DNA from: Pristiophorus japonicus
Lineage: Eukaryota
NCBI RefSeq assembly: GCF_044704955.1
Contig: NC_091984.1
Coordinates: 177,816,001 to 177,880,000, forward strand
DNA length: 64,000 nt
Direction: 5' to 3'
Shown here: positions 1 to 12,550 of the stretch, piece by piece
How the letters are laid out: each line of letters starts with the position of its first letter
Position numbering within the stretch: position 1 is the first letter of the stretch
The notes under the pieces: model-generated
What the model saw: only the letters and a program-made list of their open reading frames with translations
Databases searched by the model: none
What the model was told of the DNA's origin: nothing
Translations under genes and position numbers: made by a program

Positions 1-480
1 GCACTCAACTCGTTCTGGACTCACTCCCTCACCCACATTGGTGTCCAACGCAGCCACAGTGGTACGGAAGCCCTCAGCTCCACATCCTTCTATTTGTGGG
101 GGTGGGGTGGTCAGAGAACACAGGGTTATGACACCCCACGCTACTCTTTGTCCTCTCCCTGGGTGTGATGCATATTCTTGCCCTACAAAGGCAAGAGAGA
201 AAGGTTAGACTTACGAGCAAGGAAAGTAGAGCATGGAGAGTGTCTTAGCTTCCAGGCTCTGGTAAGGTAATTGAATTCCTTGTAGCTCTGTTCCACTTTT
301 CTGGGCACTATGGTTGTGGCACTCAGTACCTTTGTCACCTCCATGCACGCCAAACTTTCAATTGCATGTAAGGACTGGGATTTCTGGGGTCTAAGGAGTG
401 TTCTCGCCCAGGAGGGACTGCAGGTCTCGGCCAGTAAAAGTGAAAGCCCTTTCTCTGGTAGGTTTCTCCTGTGATTCAGT
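1..480 (-). mobile_element. Degenerate Harbinger-type Myb/SANT-like gene remnant
   Basis: Minus-strand translation gives ERAFTFTGRDLQSLL near 440 and a KEFNYLTRA-like piece near 280, resembling the SANT motif seen more clearly at 47695-47907. Boundaries approximate. Confidence 0.4.
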
Positions 481-1389
481 CATCTGTGAGAATGGGACAG
501 TTCGGGAAAATTAGGAGCAATTTAAGTTAATTAATTTCAAATCTTTATGACAGAGCTATGTGCTAATTATGTTGTACTCTCCAGCCTGGTCTGAAGAAAA
601 ATATTCTTGTTCCCCCACTATTGTAGTATTCTAACCTGGCACCGTGAGACTCGTTGCTTTAGTTCCAATTACATTAAAACCAAGCTCGACAATTACACGT
701 ATTCATGTTAATCTAATGAGATTGGCATGACATTTGAACGTAATTTGACATCGACAGAATGGGCGAATATTTGGGTCTAACTTCCAGGTTGAATCTACGA
801 AGGATATTGCAGGCAATTTTCATCAATATATACATGTCAGATATGGAAGGATCCTCGTCCCCCTTTTACTGTGTTCACAAGGCTCACTCCGTTCGCTCAG
901 AGTTACCTCAACCGAGTAGCCGCGATTAACAAAATGACCGTAATAAGAGAAGTTGCTGGGTCGATTGGATCGCAATGGGCATCACATCGCAGCCAATCCC
1001 TCAAAACACTGGCATTGGCACTTCAGAATGAAATGCTGGATGATGACCAAGAGCCACAAGCTTGGAACCTAACCGTGGTCCTGCCTCTGTGCTAACTCAA
1101 AGCAGCCAACCCAACGCATGTATGGAGTGATTCTGGGATCTTGCTGCTCACTGTCTGTCGTGTCTGAGCCATCAATGCAGCCTCCATACATTTGCGTACC
1201 TGGCAATTCATCACTGAAGATGACAAACAGGATTGGGTGGAACATGATTCCTTCTTCATGTGCTTCACTACTGGTGTTGCGATTAATACTGACAAGTCAA
1301 TCGAATATTTATTGTTTGACAAAATTCCCGAACGGCCAACGCTTTTCATGGGTAGCATCACTCCATTGTATTAAGATTGTCCAAAATTA

Positions 1390-2750
1390 CATAGGAACAT
1401 AGGAACAGGAGTTGTTTGTCGGCCACTCGAGCCTGTTTTGTCATTCAATGAGATAATGGTTCATCTGTGTCTGAGGTCCATATAACCTGCCATTGCCCCA
1501 TATCCTTTAATAACTTTGGTTAACAAAAATCTATCAATCTCCGAATTAAAATTAATAATTGACCTACTATCAATTGTCGTTTGCGGAAGAAAACACCAAA
1601 CGTCTGCCACTCTTTCCATGTGAAGTGTTTCCTAACTTCACTCCTAAAGGGCATGGCTTTAATTTTTAGACTATGCCCCCAAGTCCTAGACCCACCAAGC
1701 AGTGGAAATAGTTTTTCTCTATCTACCCTATCAGTGCCTCTTAATAGCTTGAAAACTTCGATCAAATCACCCATTAACCTTCTAAATGCCAAGGAATACA
1801 ACCTTAGTTTGTTTAATCTCTCCTCTTAAATTAACCATTGCGGTTCAGGTATAATTCTGGTAAATCGAGGCCAATATATCCTTCTTTTCGTGTGTGGCTT
1901 AGAAGTGCTCACAGTAACCAGGGTTTATATAGCTGTAGCATAACTTCTACCCCATTGTATTCTATTCCTCTAAATATAAAGGCCAGAATTCCATTAGCCT
2001 TTTGATTATGAAATCTTAATGATCTATGTACATGGACTCCAAAGTCTCTTTGTAACTCCACTGTTTCTAGATTTACACCATTTGGAAAGTACCCTGTTCA
2101 ATCCTGTTTGGGTCCAAGGTGGATAACATCACATTTGCCTACATTGAAATCCATTTGCCATAGATTTTCCTAGTCACTTAATCTATTAATATATAACTGT
2201 AATATTATACTTCCATCTAAACTGCCTATCTTTGTGGGCAGATACATGCAAACTTGAACATGTGGCTTTCTATGTTATTACCTAAGTGGTTAATAAATAC
2301 TGTGAATATTTGAAGCCCCAACACAGATCCTTGCGGAATAGCAATCGCCCCATCCTGCTAATTAGAGTACCTGCCCATTATCCATACTCTCTGTCTCCTG
2401 CCGCTCAGCCAATTTCCTAACCAGGCCAATAAATTGCATTTAATTCCACGAGCTTCCCCTTTAGCTAATAGTCTCATGTGATGGACTTTATGATATGCTT
2501 TCTGGAAATCCATATAAATATCAAGAGATGTTGCCCTGTCCACTACTTTAGTCACCTCTTCAAAAAATGGAATAATGTTCCTTCTGCGTGACCTACCCTT
2601 TACAAATCAATCCTGACTCTCTCTAGTCTGCTGAAAATGTTCAAGGTGTTAAGACACTCGGTCCTTAATTATAGACGGTAATAATTTCGAGATAACATAA
2701 GTTAGGCTAATTGGTCTTTAATCTGTCGTTTCCCATTCTCATATGTCTTA
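1390..2750 (-). mobile_element. 5'-truncated CR1 LINE (RT and 3' end)
   Basis: ORFs 2358-2555 (IYMDFQKAY..V.H..LL.K) and 1520-1801 (RRLMGDLIEVFK..SRTWGHSLK); tail repeat ACATAGGA at ~1390. Confidence 0.85.
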
Positions 2751-2917
2751 AATACATGTATTTCCTTTTATCTGAAGCCATTGTTCACACTGTCAAAGGT
2801 AATTGCACTGATACCAGATTGAAGGGCAGCTGGATGGATACATGAAAGCCCGATATCCTCAACAGTGTGATCGCCCACCATGACAACCCACGCAATCCAT
2901 GCAACTCATACGAGTTG

Positions 2918-3735
2918 TTGTGAGCAACTTGAGAAAGAACTCCAGAAAGGAGAGCCACGGGATCCCGTTGATACTTTAGCAACATTCAGAGGCCCTAACG
3001 CAAATGTGGCCTGTACCGCAGCTAGTTACTAATTAAAGTTAAAAAATGGTTTCATGAAATCAAAATATAACATTAACCGTCCCATCAAGAGCGAAGGGAT
3101 GAGAAAAAAATCAGACCGGAGAGGACAGAGAGATGTGTGTCTGGGAGGAGTGCGAGGGAAGCAGAGACGAGAGACACATACACGATAGTGAGAAGGGATG
3201 AAGAAAAGGAGAGGGCTCTGGGAACAAACCAACGGATATATTAGGGAAAGAGCGCGCAATGTAGCAGAATGAAAAGGAAGACTTGCACTTACATACCACC
3301 TATTCAGATATTGTGAGCATACTGGAGAAAGAACTTCAGAAAGAACAGCCACTGAATCCCGTTGAAACTTTTGCAACATTCAGAGACCCCAACGCAAAGG
3401 TGGCCGACACCACAGCTAATTACTAATTAAAGTTAAAAGAAAAGAATGATTTCATGAAATCAAAATGTAAGTATAGTACCCTCCAACTCTAACATATGCC
3501 GTGCCCATCATGGGTGAAGTGAAACAAAAAACATGACACCGAAGAGGACCGAGAGATGTGCGTGTGGGAGGAGTGCGAGTGAAGCAGAGACGAGATAGAC
3601 ACATACAGGGTAGTGAGATGGGATGAAGAAATGGAAAGGCTGTGGGGACCAAACAACGGAGGTATCGGGGAAAGAGAGCGCGCAGTGGTGGAGAAAGAAA
3701 ATAAAGACTTGCATTTGCAAAGCACCTGTTCAGGT
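2918..3735. repeat. Diverged direct tandem duplication of a ~400-bp unit (2918-3310 and 3311-3735)
   Basis: Both copies read TTGTGAGCA..GAGAAAGAACT..GCAACATTCAGAG..TTACTAATTAAAGTTAAAA..GGGAGGAGTGCGAG.GAAGCAGAGACGAGA..AAGACTTGCA. Confidence 0.8.
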
Positions 3736-4050
3736 TGTCCGGACATTTGTGTAAGTTTAGTCGCTGCTTTATGACACCTGGGCACAGCAGAATCCCGTGA
3801 ATAGCAATGAGATGAATATCCAGCTAATTCGTTTTATGATGTTTTTGAAGGAATAACATCTGAAAAGCTTTCTGATCTCTGTTAAAAAATGCTATAAGAT
3901 TTTGAAGTTTAGGTGAACAGGCAGGCTGACCTTATTTAATCTCTGATAATTCAGCAGTCCCTCACTACTACACTGAAACATTAGTCTAGATTAAGTGATC
4001 AAGTCCTGGAATAGGGCTTGAAACCCACAAAGTTCTAAGGTAGCAGCAGA
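3705..4050 (-). mobile_element. tRNA-derived SINE (shark DeuSINE-like), degenerate
   Basis: Reverse B-box-like GGGCTTGAAACCCAC at ~4015 and a body resembling recalled elasmobranch SINE consensus. Confidence 0.45.
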
Positions 4051-4546
4051 GCGATCAAGGAGCAGAGAGGAATATAGATAGAAACATATAGCTAGAGGCT
4101 GGGAGGCAGAGAAGTAAGAGGGACAAATGGAAGAGTCACAAAAATCGGAGCAGCAGAGGACTCGCCGTGTGTCAGGCTACTGGGGATCGATTAACAGCCA
4201 TGGAAAGTGATAATGTGATCCTTTGGTGCAAACAGAATCAATAGTAACTTTGGAGGGAATTCGATTGAAAGGGAAAACATTGCAGTGTGTGGGTAAAGAG
4301 GCTGGGGGACGAGTAAATGGAAAACTCCTTCAAAGAGCCTGCACAGGCACGAGGGGCTGAATGGCCTCTTTCTGTGCTCCCTGTTTTTATGACTCCATTC
4401 CCATTTACCAGCTAAATTAATTCTAAGTATTTATAGAGTGTGCCATGCGAGAGTACTAATTCTTGCACCAAAATAAATATTTCCTGCCTTGTATTTTCTG
4501 ACAGTCGAACAGAATTTGAGATAATCTTTGCATCTCAGAGGCGCTA

Positions 4547-4576
4547 ATTGGCTGATATGAAAAGACTAATTTGCAT
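4547..4576 (+). promoter_or_regulatory. Ig light-chain promoter of cluster 1: reverse CCAAT box plus octamer/decamer
   Basis: ATTGG at 4547-4551 and TAATTTGCAT at 4567-4576 (octamer ATTTGCAT 4569-4576, light-chain orientation), about 130 bp upstream of the leader ATG. Same 22-bp spacing in cluster 2. Confidence 0.8.
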
Positions 4577-4703
4577 TCTTACACATAACTCGGTACCGCC
4601 TTCTTGGTGAGAAGTTTGGTAAAAAAAACAGCTCGAGATTCAGATAGTTAACCGATCTTGTCAAATATCTGTCAGGATTGGGAGCCTCATTGAACGCTTC
4701 ACA

Positions 4704-4752
4704 ATGTCTGATTAGGTCCATGTTGTCAATGTGCTCATACTGTGCCTGACAT
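4704..4752 (+). pseudogene. Cluster 1 leader exon
   Basis: ATG TCT GAT TAG GTC... = MSD*VHVVNVLILCLT, followed by GTGAGT at 4753. TAG at 4713-4715. Confidence 0.85.
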
Positions 4753-4897
4753 GTGAGTATTTTCAAACGTTTAATTACTGTAAAGGCGCATTTGTTAAGA
4801 ATATTTGGGTGATGTTTCCAGTGAGTTAATGCTCACTACGTTTCAATATTTAATCAGAGTACACCTGAAATGCTATTTTTAAGACCGTTTCTTTCAG

Positions 4898-5237
4898 ATT
4901 CAAACGCGCAGGTTACATTAAATCAACCGCTTTCGACATCAACTTCTCTCGGAGGAACCGTCCAAATAAGTAGCACCTTGTCTAGCGCCAACTTAGGAAG
5001 CAGCAACATATATTGGAACCAGCAGAAATTTGGAAATGCTCCTCGTTTTATCACTCTGCTGGAAATAGCACGAACAGAGCCTCGGGTGTTCCAGATCGGT
5101 TTTCTGGCTGGACAACAGGCAACACGGCAACTTTAAGTATCAGTAAAGTTGAAGCGGAGGAGCCGCGGATTATTACTGTGTTAAGTGGCACAGCGACCGG
5201 TACATCTTCGGTAAAGGGACCAAGCTGAATGTTAGCA
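4898..5237 (+). pseudogene. Cluster 1 germline-joined VJ exon
   Basis: Acceptor TTTCAG at 4892-4897. QVTLNQP..VQISS(C>S)..IYWNQQK..PRF / YHSAGNSTNRASGVPDRFSG.. / AADYYCVKWHSDRYIFGKGTKLNVS, donor GTGAGT at 5238. V runs directly into J with no RSS pair. Two frameshifts. Confidence 0.93.
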
Positions 5238-6104
5238 GTGAGTAAAAACATTTCTGCTACATAATTCAATGTGTTGCAGGCTAAGAGCAAAATACTGCAA
5301 ATGTGGCATTTTATTTTGAAGCAATTTCAATTTGCTTTCAACAACTAAACCGTGCTATCAATTTATATGGTACAATGCTAGCCCGCTACCCAGGGTAGAA
5401 CTGAGTCTTCCAATTTCAGAAGGTGTTCAGATTAATGAGTTCGGGGCGAGTTTTGTTTTGCGCGGAGCTACTTTATCTCAGCTACAATACAGAGTGTATC
5501 ATAGCCTAGTTTGCTGATGATACAAAGATGGGAGGAAAATCAATGTGTGAGGAGGACACAAAAAAATCTGCAAAAGGACATAGACAGGCTAAGTGAGTGG
5601 GGAAAAGATTGGCAGATGGAGTATAATGTTGGAAAGTGTGAGGTCATTCACTTTGGCAGAAAAAAAATCAAAGAACAAGTTATTACCTAAATAAAGAAAA
5701 ATTGCAAAGTGCCGCAGTAACACGGGACCTGGGGGCACTTGCGCATGGAACACAAAAGGATAGTATGCAGGTATAGCAAGTGATCAGGAAGGCCAATGGA
5801 ATATTGCCCTTTATTGCAAAGGGGATTGAATATAAAAGCAGGGCAGTCTTGCTACAGTTATACAGGGTATTGGTGAGGCCTCACGTGGAATACTGCATGC
5901 AGTTTTTGTTTCCATATTTACAAATGGATAGACTTGCTTTGGAGGCAGTTCAGAGAAGGTTCACTAGGTTGATTCCGGAGATGAGGGGGATATTTATGAG
6001 GAAAGGTTGAGGAGGTTGTGCCTCTACTCATTGGAATTCAGAAGAATGAGAGGTGATCTTATCAAAACCTGTAGCATTGTTGTTGCTTATCTAAGGGTTA
6101 AGTC

Positions 6105-7038
6105 ATGGCAGGACAGCTCGGTCACGTGTTATGCTCCTCCTGTACCATGTGGGAACTCAGGGACGACACCAGTGTTCCTGACGACTACATGTGCGGGAAG
6201 TGTATCCGCCTCCAGCTCCTGACGGACTGCGTTGCGGAGTTGGAGCTGAGGGTGGATTCACTCTGGAGCATCCACGATGCAGAGAATGACGTGAGTAGCA
6301 CGTGTAGCGAGTTGGTCGTACCGCAGGGAAAGGGTCCACAGCCAGATAGGGAATGGCAGACCAGCAGGAAGAGCAGTGCAAGGAAGGTAGTGCAGGGGTC
6401 CCCTGTGGTCATCCCCCTGCAAAACAGATACACTGCATTGGGTACTGTTGGGGGGGATGACTCATCAGGGGAGGGCAGCAGCAGCCAAGTTCATGGCACC
6501 GTGGCTGGCTCTGTTGTACAGGAGGGCAAGAAAAAGAGTGGGAGAGCGATAGTGATAGGGGATTCAATTCAGGCGTTTCTGCGGCCGCAACCGAGACTCC
6601 AGGATGGTATGTTGCCTCCTTGGTGCAAGGGTCAAGGATGTCTTGGAGCGGGTGCAGGGCATTCTAAAAAGGGAGGGAGAACAGCCAGTTGTCGTGGTGC
6701 ACATTGGTACCAACGACATAGGTAAAAAAAGGGATGAGGTCCTACGAAACGAATTTAAGGAGCTAGGAGCTAAATTAAAAAGTAGGACCTCAAAAGTAGT
6801 AATCTCGGGATTGCTACCAGTGCCATGTTCGAGTCAGAGTAGGAATCGTAGGATAGCGCAGATGAATACGTGGCTTGAGCAGTGGTGCAGCAGGGAGGGA
6901 TTCAAATTCCTGGGGCATTGGAACCGGTTCTGGGGGAGTTGGGACCAGTACAAACAGGACGGTCTGCACCTGGGCAGGACTGGAACCAATGTCCTAGGGG
7001 GAGTGTTTGCTACTGCTGTTGGGGAGGAGTTAAACTGA
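6105..7038 (+). pseudogene. CR1 ORF1 (zinc finger/leucine zipper plus SGNH esterase), frameshifted near 6570
   Basis: CSSC..CGKC plus heptad leucines, then GDS, HIGTND and DGLHL motifs in ORFs 6105-6725 and 6604-7038. Confidence 0.88.
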
Positions 7039-10019
7039 TATGGCAGGGGGATGGGAACCAATGCAAGGAGACAGAGGGAAACAAAAAGGAGACAAAAGCA
7101 AAAGACAGAAAGGAGATGAGGAAAAGTGGAGGGCAGAGAAACCCAAGGCAAAGAACAAAAAGGGCCACTGTACAGCAAAATTCTAAAAGGACAAAGGGTG
7201 TTAAGAAAACAATCCTGAAGTCTTTGTGTCTTAATGCAAGGAGTATCCGTAATAAGGTGGATGAATTAGCTATGCAAATAGATGTTAACAAATATGATGT
7301 GATTGGGATTACAGAGACGTGGCTCCAGGATGATCAGGGCTGGGAACTCAACATCCAGGGATATTCAACATTCAGGAAGGATAGAATAAAAGGAAAAGGA
7401 GGTGGGGTAGCATTGCTGGTTAAGGAGGAGATTAATGTAATAGTTAGGAAGGACATTAGCTTGGATGATGTGGAATCTATATGGGTAGAGCTGCAGAACA
7501 CCAAAGGGCAAAAAACGTTAGTGGAAGTTGTGTACAGACCTCCAAACAGTAGTAATGATGTTGGGGAGGGCATCAAACATGAAATTAGGGGTGCATGCAA
7601 TAAAGGTGCAGCAGTTATAATGGGTGACTTTAATATGCACATAGATTGGGCTAACCAAACTGGAAGCAATACGGTGGAGGAGAATTTCCTGGAGTGCATA
7701 AGGGATGGTTTTCTAGACCAATATGTCGAGGAACCAACGAGGGGGGAGGCCATCTTAGACTGGGTGTTGTGTAATGAGAGGGGATTAATTAGCAATCTCT
7801 TTGTGCGAGGCCCCTTGGGGAAGAGTGACCATAATATGGTGGAACCTGCATTAGGATGGAGAATAAAACACTTAATTCAGAGACCATGGTCCAGAACTTA
7901 AAGAAGGCTAACTTTGAAGGTATGAGGCGTGAATTGGCTAGGATAGATTGGCGAATGATACTTAAGGGGTTGACTGTGGATGGGCAATGGCAGACATTTA
8001 GAGACCACATGGATGAAGTACAACAATTGTACATTCCTGTCTGGCGTAAAAAATAAAAAAGGGAAGTGGCGCAACCATGGCTATCAAGGGAAATCAGGGA
8101 TAGTATTAAAGCCAAGGAAGTGACATACAAATTGGCCAAAAATAGCGGTGAACCCGGGGACTGGGAGAAATTTAGAACTCAGCAGAGGAGGACAAAGGGT
8201 TTGATTAGGCAGGGAAAATGGAGTACGAGAAGAAGCTTGCAGGGAACATTAAGACGGATTGCAAACATGTCTATAGATATATAAAGAGAAAAAGGTTAGT
8301 AAAGACAAACGTAGGTCCCCTGCAGTCAGAATTAGGGGAAGCCATAACGGGGAACAAAGAAATGGCGGACCAATTGAACAAGTACTTTTGTTCAGTATTC
8401 ACTAAGGAGGACACTAACAACCTTCCGGATATAAAAGGGGTCAGAGGGTCTAGTAAGGAGGAGGAACTGAGGGAAATCCTTATTAGTCGGGAAATTGTGT
8501 TGAGGAAATTGATGGGATTGAAGGCCGATAAATCCCCAGGGCCTGATGGACTGCATCCCAGAGTACTTAAGGAGGTGGCCTTGGAAATAGCGGATGCATT
8601 GACAGTCATTTTCCAACATTCCATTGACTCTGGATCAGTTCCTATCGAGTGGAGGGTAGCCAATGTAACCCCACTTTTTAAAAAAGAAGGGAGAGAGAAA
8701 ACAGGGAATTATAGACCAGTCAGCCTGACATCGGTAGTGGGTAAAATGATGGAATCAATTATTAAGGATGTCATAGCAGCGCATTTGGAAAGAGGTGACA
8801 TGATAGGTCCAAGTCAGCATGGATTTGTGAAAGGGAAATCATGCTTTACAAATCTTCTGGAATTTTTTGAGGATGTTTCCAGTAGAGTGGACAAGGGAGA
8901 ACCAGTTGATGTGGTATATTTGGACTTTCAGAAGGCTTTCGACAAGGTCCCACACAAGAGATTAATGTGCAAAATTAAAGCACATGGGATTGGGGGTAGT
9001 GTGCTGACATGGATTGAGAACTGGTTGTCAGACAGGAAGCAAAGACTAGGAGTAAATGGGGATTTTTCAGAATGGCAGGCAGTGACTAGTGGGGTACCAC
9101 AAGGTTCTGTGCTGGGGCCCCAGCTGTTTACACTGTACATTAATGATTTAGACGAGGGGATTAAATGTAGTATCTCCAAATTTGCGGATGACACTAAGTT
9201 GGGTGGCAGTGTGAGCTGTGAGGAGGATGCTATGAGGCTGCAGAGCGACTTGGATAGGTTAGGTGAGTGGACAAATGAATGGCAGATGAAGTATAATGTG
9301 GATAAATGTGAGGTTATCCACTTTGGTGGTAAAAACAGAGAGACAGACTATTATCTGAATGGTGACAGATTAGGAAAAGGGGAGGTGCAATGAGACCTGG
9401 ATGTCATGGTACATCAGTCATTGAAGGTTGGCATGCAGGTACAGCAGGCGGTTAAGAAAGCAAATGTCATGTTGGCCTTCATCGCGAGGGGATTTGAGTA
9501 CAGGGGCAGGGAGGTGTTGCTACAGTTGTACAGGGCCTTGGTGAGGCCACACCTGGAGTATTGTGTACAGTTTTGGTCTCCTAACCTGAGGAAGGACATT
9601 CTTGCTATTGAGGGAGTGCAGCGAAGGTTCACCAGACTGATTCCCGGGATGGCGGGACTGACCTATCAAGAAAGACTGGATCAACTGGGCTTGTATTCAC
9701 TGGAGTTCAGAAAAATGAGAGTGGACCTCATAGAAACGTTTAAAATTCTGATGGGTTTAGACAGGTTAGATGCAGGAAGAATGTTCCCAATGTTGTGGAA
9801 GTCCAGAACCAGGGGACACAGTCGAAGGATAAGGGGTAAACCATTTAGGACCGAGATGAGGAGAAACGTCTTCCCCCAGAGAGTGGTGAACCTGTGGAAT
9901 TCTCTCGCACAGAAAGTTGTTGAGGCCAATTCATTAAATATATTCAAAAAGGAGTTCGATGAAGTCCTTACTACCAGGGGTTCAAGGGGTATGGCGAGAA
10001 AGCAGGAATGGGGTACTGA
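7039..10019 (+). pseudogene. CR1 ORF2 (APE endonuclease plus reverse transcriptase), disrupted
   Basis: LNARS, ITETWL, YRPP, GDFN, SDH; DFQKAFD, GVPQGSVLGP, FADD. Split into ORFs 6882-7901, 7856-8056, 8066-8284, 8218-9393 and 9406-10065. Confidence 0.92.
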
Positions 10020-11244
10020 AGTTGCATGTTCAGCCATGAACTCATTGAATGGCGGTGCAGGCTAGAAGGGCCGAATGGCCTACTTCTGCACCTATTTTTC
10101 TATGTGTCTATGTTTCTATGAAACGTGTAAGATTATGAGGGGGCTTGACAAGGTGGATGCAGAGAGGATGTATCCACTGATAGGGGAGACTAGAGCTAGG
10201 GACATAATCTTAAAATGAGGGGCTGCCCATATAAAACTGAGATGAGGAGGAATTTCTTCTCTCAGAGGGTTGTAAATCTGTGGAATTCGATGCCTCAAAA
10301 AGCTGTGGATGCCGGGACATTGAATAAATTTAAGACAGAGGTAGACAGTTTCTTAACAAGGGAGTAAGGGGTTTTGGGGAGCTGGCAGGAAAGTGGAACT
10401 TAATCTATGGTTGGAGCAGCTATTATCGTATAAAATGGCGGAGCAGGCTCGAGGGGCTGCATTGCCTACTCCTGCTCCTATTTTTTATGTTCTTATGTTC
10501 TTATGTACAATGGCAAGTCGCTTCAGAATCTTTGTGTCATAATGCGGGGAAGCCAGTAAGGACCTCTAATCCTATCGCAATCGAGTGACCTCGCTGGAAA
10601 ACACACAGTGTGGATTTCCGTTCGTTACTGGAGCGAGCTTAGTAGTTGTGTATTCCGTCCCCAAGAAATACCTTGCCGAAACGCACCGCGTATTGGCACA
10701 AATGAATGATAACCACTTGCCGCAGATACCTGAGAGGATGGGCGTCGAGGGATATTGCACCGCATCAATTCGCTCTTCAGGACGCCCAATAGATGGTCAA
10801 AATTAGTGGTAAATCTAGCCTCCAATGCGCTACGTTCTCAGCTCCCTATTAGTGTTTTGCCTTGAACTATTGTTGCACTGAATATAACGGCTCTAAAGTA
10901 CAACTAATGTTCAGTCGGTATGCTGATTTAAACTGAACGCAAGTAATGAATGGCACTGCAACGGACAAAGCGAAGCACTCATTTATTGCGCATTGACAAT
11001 TGCGGTGCGCCCTCAGACATAAGGCAGAAAAACTGAACTGCGTTCAGCAATCTCTGCTGAAGTGTATGCGGGTTTATACTTAGAATGGCGTATCATTTAT
11101 TCCCTCATCTGTTCTGCAATATCCGATGGGAAAACTTAACGTGATCAGCTGTTAAATTATTTTTATTTTGCTTGAACTATTCACAGTGTTAGATTAATGT
11201 CTTGTGCCTGGCACATGCGTGCTAAAGACCAAAGGCTCCTTTGC

Positions 11245-11700
11245 TGTTTTTTTATTCTGTCAGGGGATGTGGGCATTGCTGGCAAGGCCAACATTTATTG
11301 CCCATCCTTAATGGCACTTCGGAAAGTGGTGATGAGCCGCCTTCTTGAAACGATGCAGTCGAAAAGGTGAAGGTGCTTCCGTAGCGGTTTTGTGGGCAGT
11401 TAAGATTCAGCCACATTGCTGCGGGTCTAGAGTCACGTCTTGGCTACACCAGGTAAGGGCGGCAGATTTCCTACTCTAAAGGGCATTAGTGAACCAGATA
11501 GCGCAGATAGGTTCACTAATCTGCTAGCAATCTGCTAGTTTCATTGTACCCGTTACCAATATTAACGTTTCATTCCAGATTTATTTAATCAACTGAATTG
11601 AAATTCCCCAGCCGCGTAGGTGCGATTTGAACTCATGTCGCTGGATCATTAGCCACAGGATAACTGGTCCAGTTACATAACCATTATGCTATCGTACCCG
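11245..11700 (-). mobile_element. tRNA-derived SINE
   Basis: Reverse B-box-like GCGATTTGAACTC near 11625 and T-rich end near 11247. A related copy lies in + orientation at ~34170-34420. Confidence 0.55.
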
Positions 11701-12550
11701 GTGAGGTTTTTCAATGGCTGTTGAAATCTGAGCTGAGTTATTTCTATGCAGGATCCAGTAATCAGAGAAGGCAGATTGCGACTCAAAGAAGCGATTGCGC
11801 TATTTAATAGTGTTGAGCATATATATGCCAAATCAGGTACAGAATGCAAATAAAGCGAGGGCAAGAACGATTGGAGAGAGAGAAGGTAAAAGGGACAGAA
11901 ACAAAATGTTAAAAAATTACTTGTAAATCTCCAAGTATAATTAAAATCGGAAGAAATGAGACGCCATCACTAGTAAACGTTAATTGTCAGTGCCAGAGAG
12001 ATTGTTTGACAGTAATTAAGACTTACAGTGCTGTTAAGGGAATCCTTATATCGGAATGGACAAGCCCTAACTTTTCCATAGCAGTTTACTTTCTATCTAT
12101 GAGTTCAGTACAACAATTTCACGCAGTACAATGTATCATGAATGGGGAGGGAGAGAGCGGGATGCGGTTTTTGGGAAGTTTTTGAAGGAGCGTCGCATCT
12201 TGAACAACAACTTGCTTTCCGCAAATTCCGCATGTGCGCTCACAAGAAGTTGCTGTCCGATGTTCGCGGACATAACGATGACTCTGATTAGCCTCACAAT
12301 TATATCTACAGCAAAATCTGGGCCATAATGTATTCACTTTTTATGCTGGAACCAAACTCGCACATTATCTTTTAGCGCCAACCCTTGTTTAGGCATAAAT
12401 GTAATCTTAAATATTCTATAGAAGCAGTGTGAGCGCGCATTGTGTAGGCATTGACTTAGCACGATAGTGTGAGACGGCTGATTGTGAGTCGGCAGGGAGT
12501 TTACATGGATTTTACTTGGACTGACGCAAAATGTCTTTATGTAAAAACAG

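Larger units (their letters stand above)
6069..10120 (+). mobile_element. Near full-length CR1 LINE (~4.05 kb)
   Basis: ORF1, ORF2 and (TTTCTATG)n tail. AAAC flanks at 6065-6068 and 10121-10124. Confidence 0.93.
5489..10505 (+). mobile_element. 5'-truncated CR1 in the J-C intron, split by a younger CR1
   Basis: RT C-terminal part at 5489-6068 resumes at 10121-10505 and ends in (TTCTTATG)n. TACAAT is duplicated at 5483-5488 and 10506-10511. Confidence 0.85.

Noticed and set aside
7010-10037. Numerous minus-strand ORFs over the CR1
   Set aside because: Antisense shadows of ORF2 with no independent coding signal.
11844-11851. Perfect octamer ATGCAAAT in the J-C intron as an enhancer
   Set aside because: No evident counterpart in the cluster 2 intron, and the same 8-mer also occurs inside LINE remnants (~32136, ~62420, ~63550).
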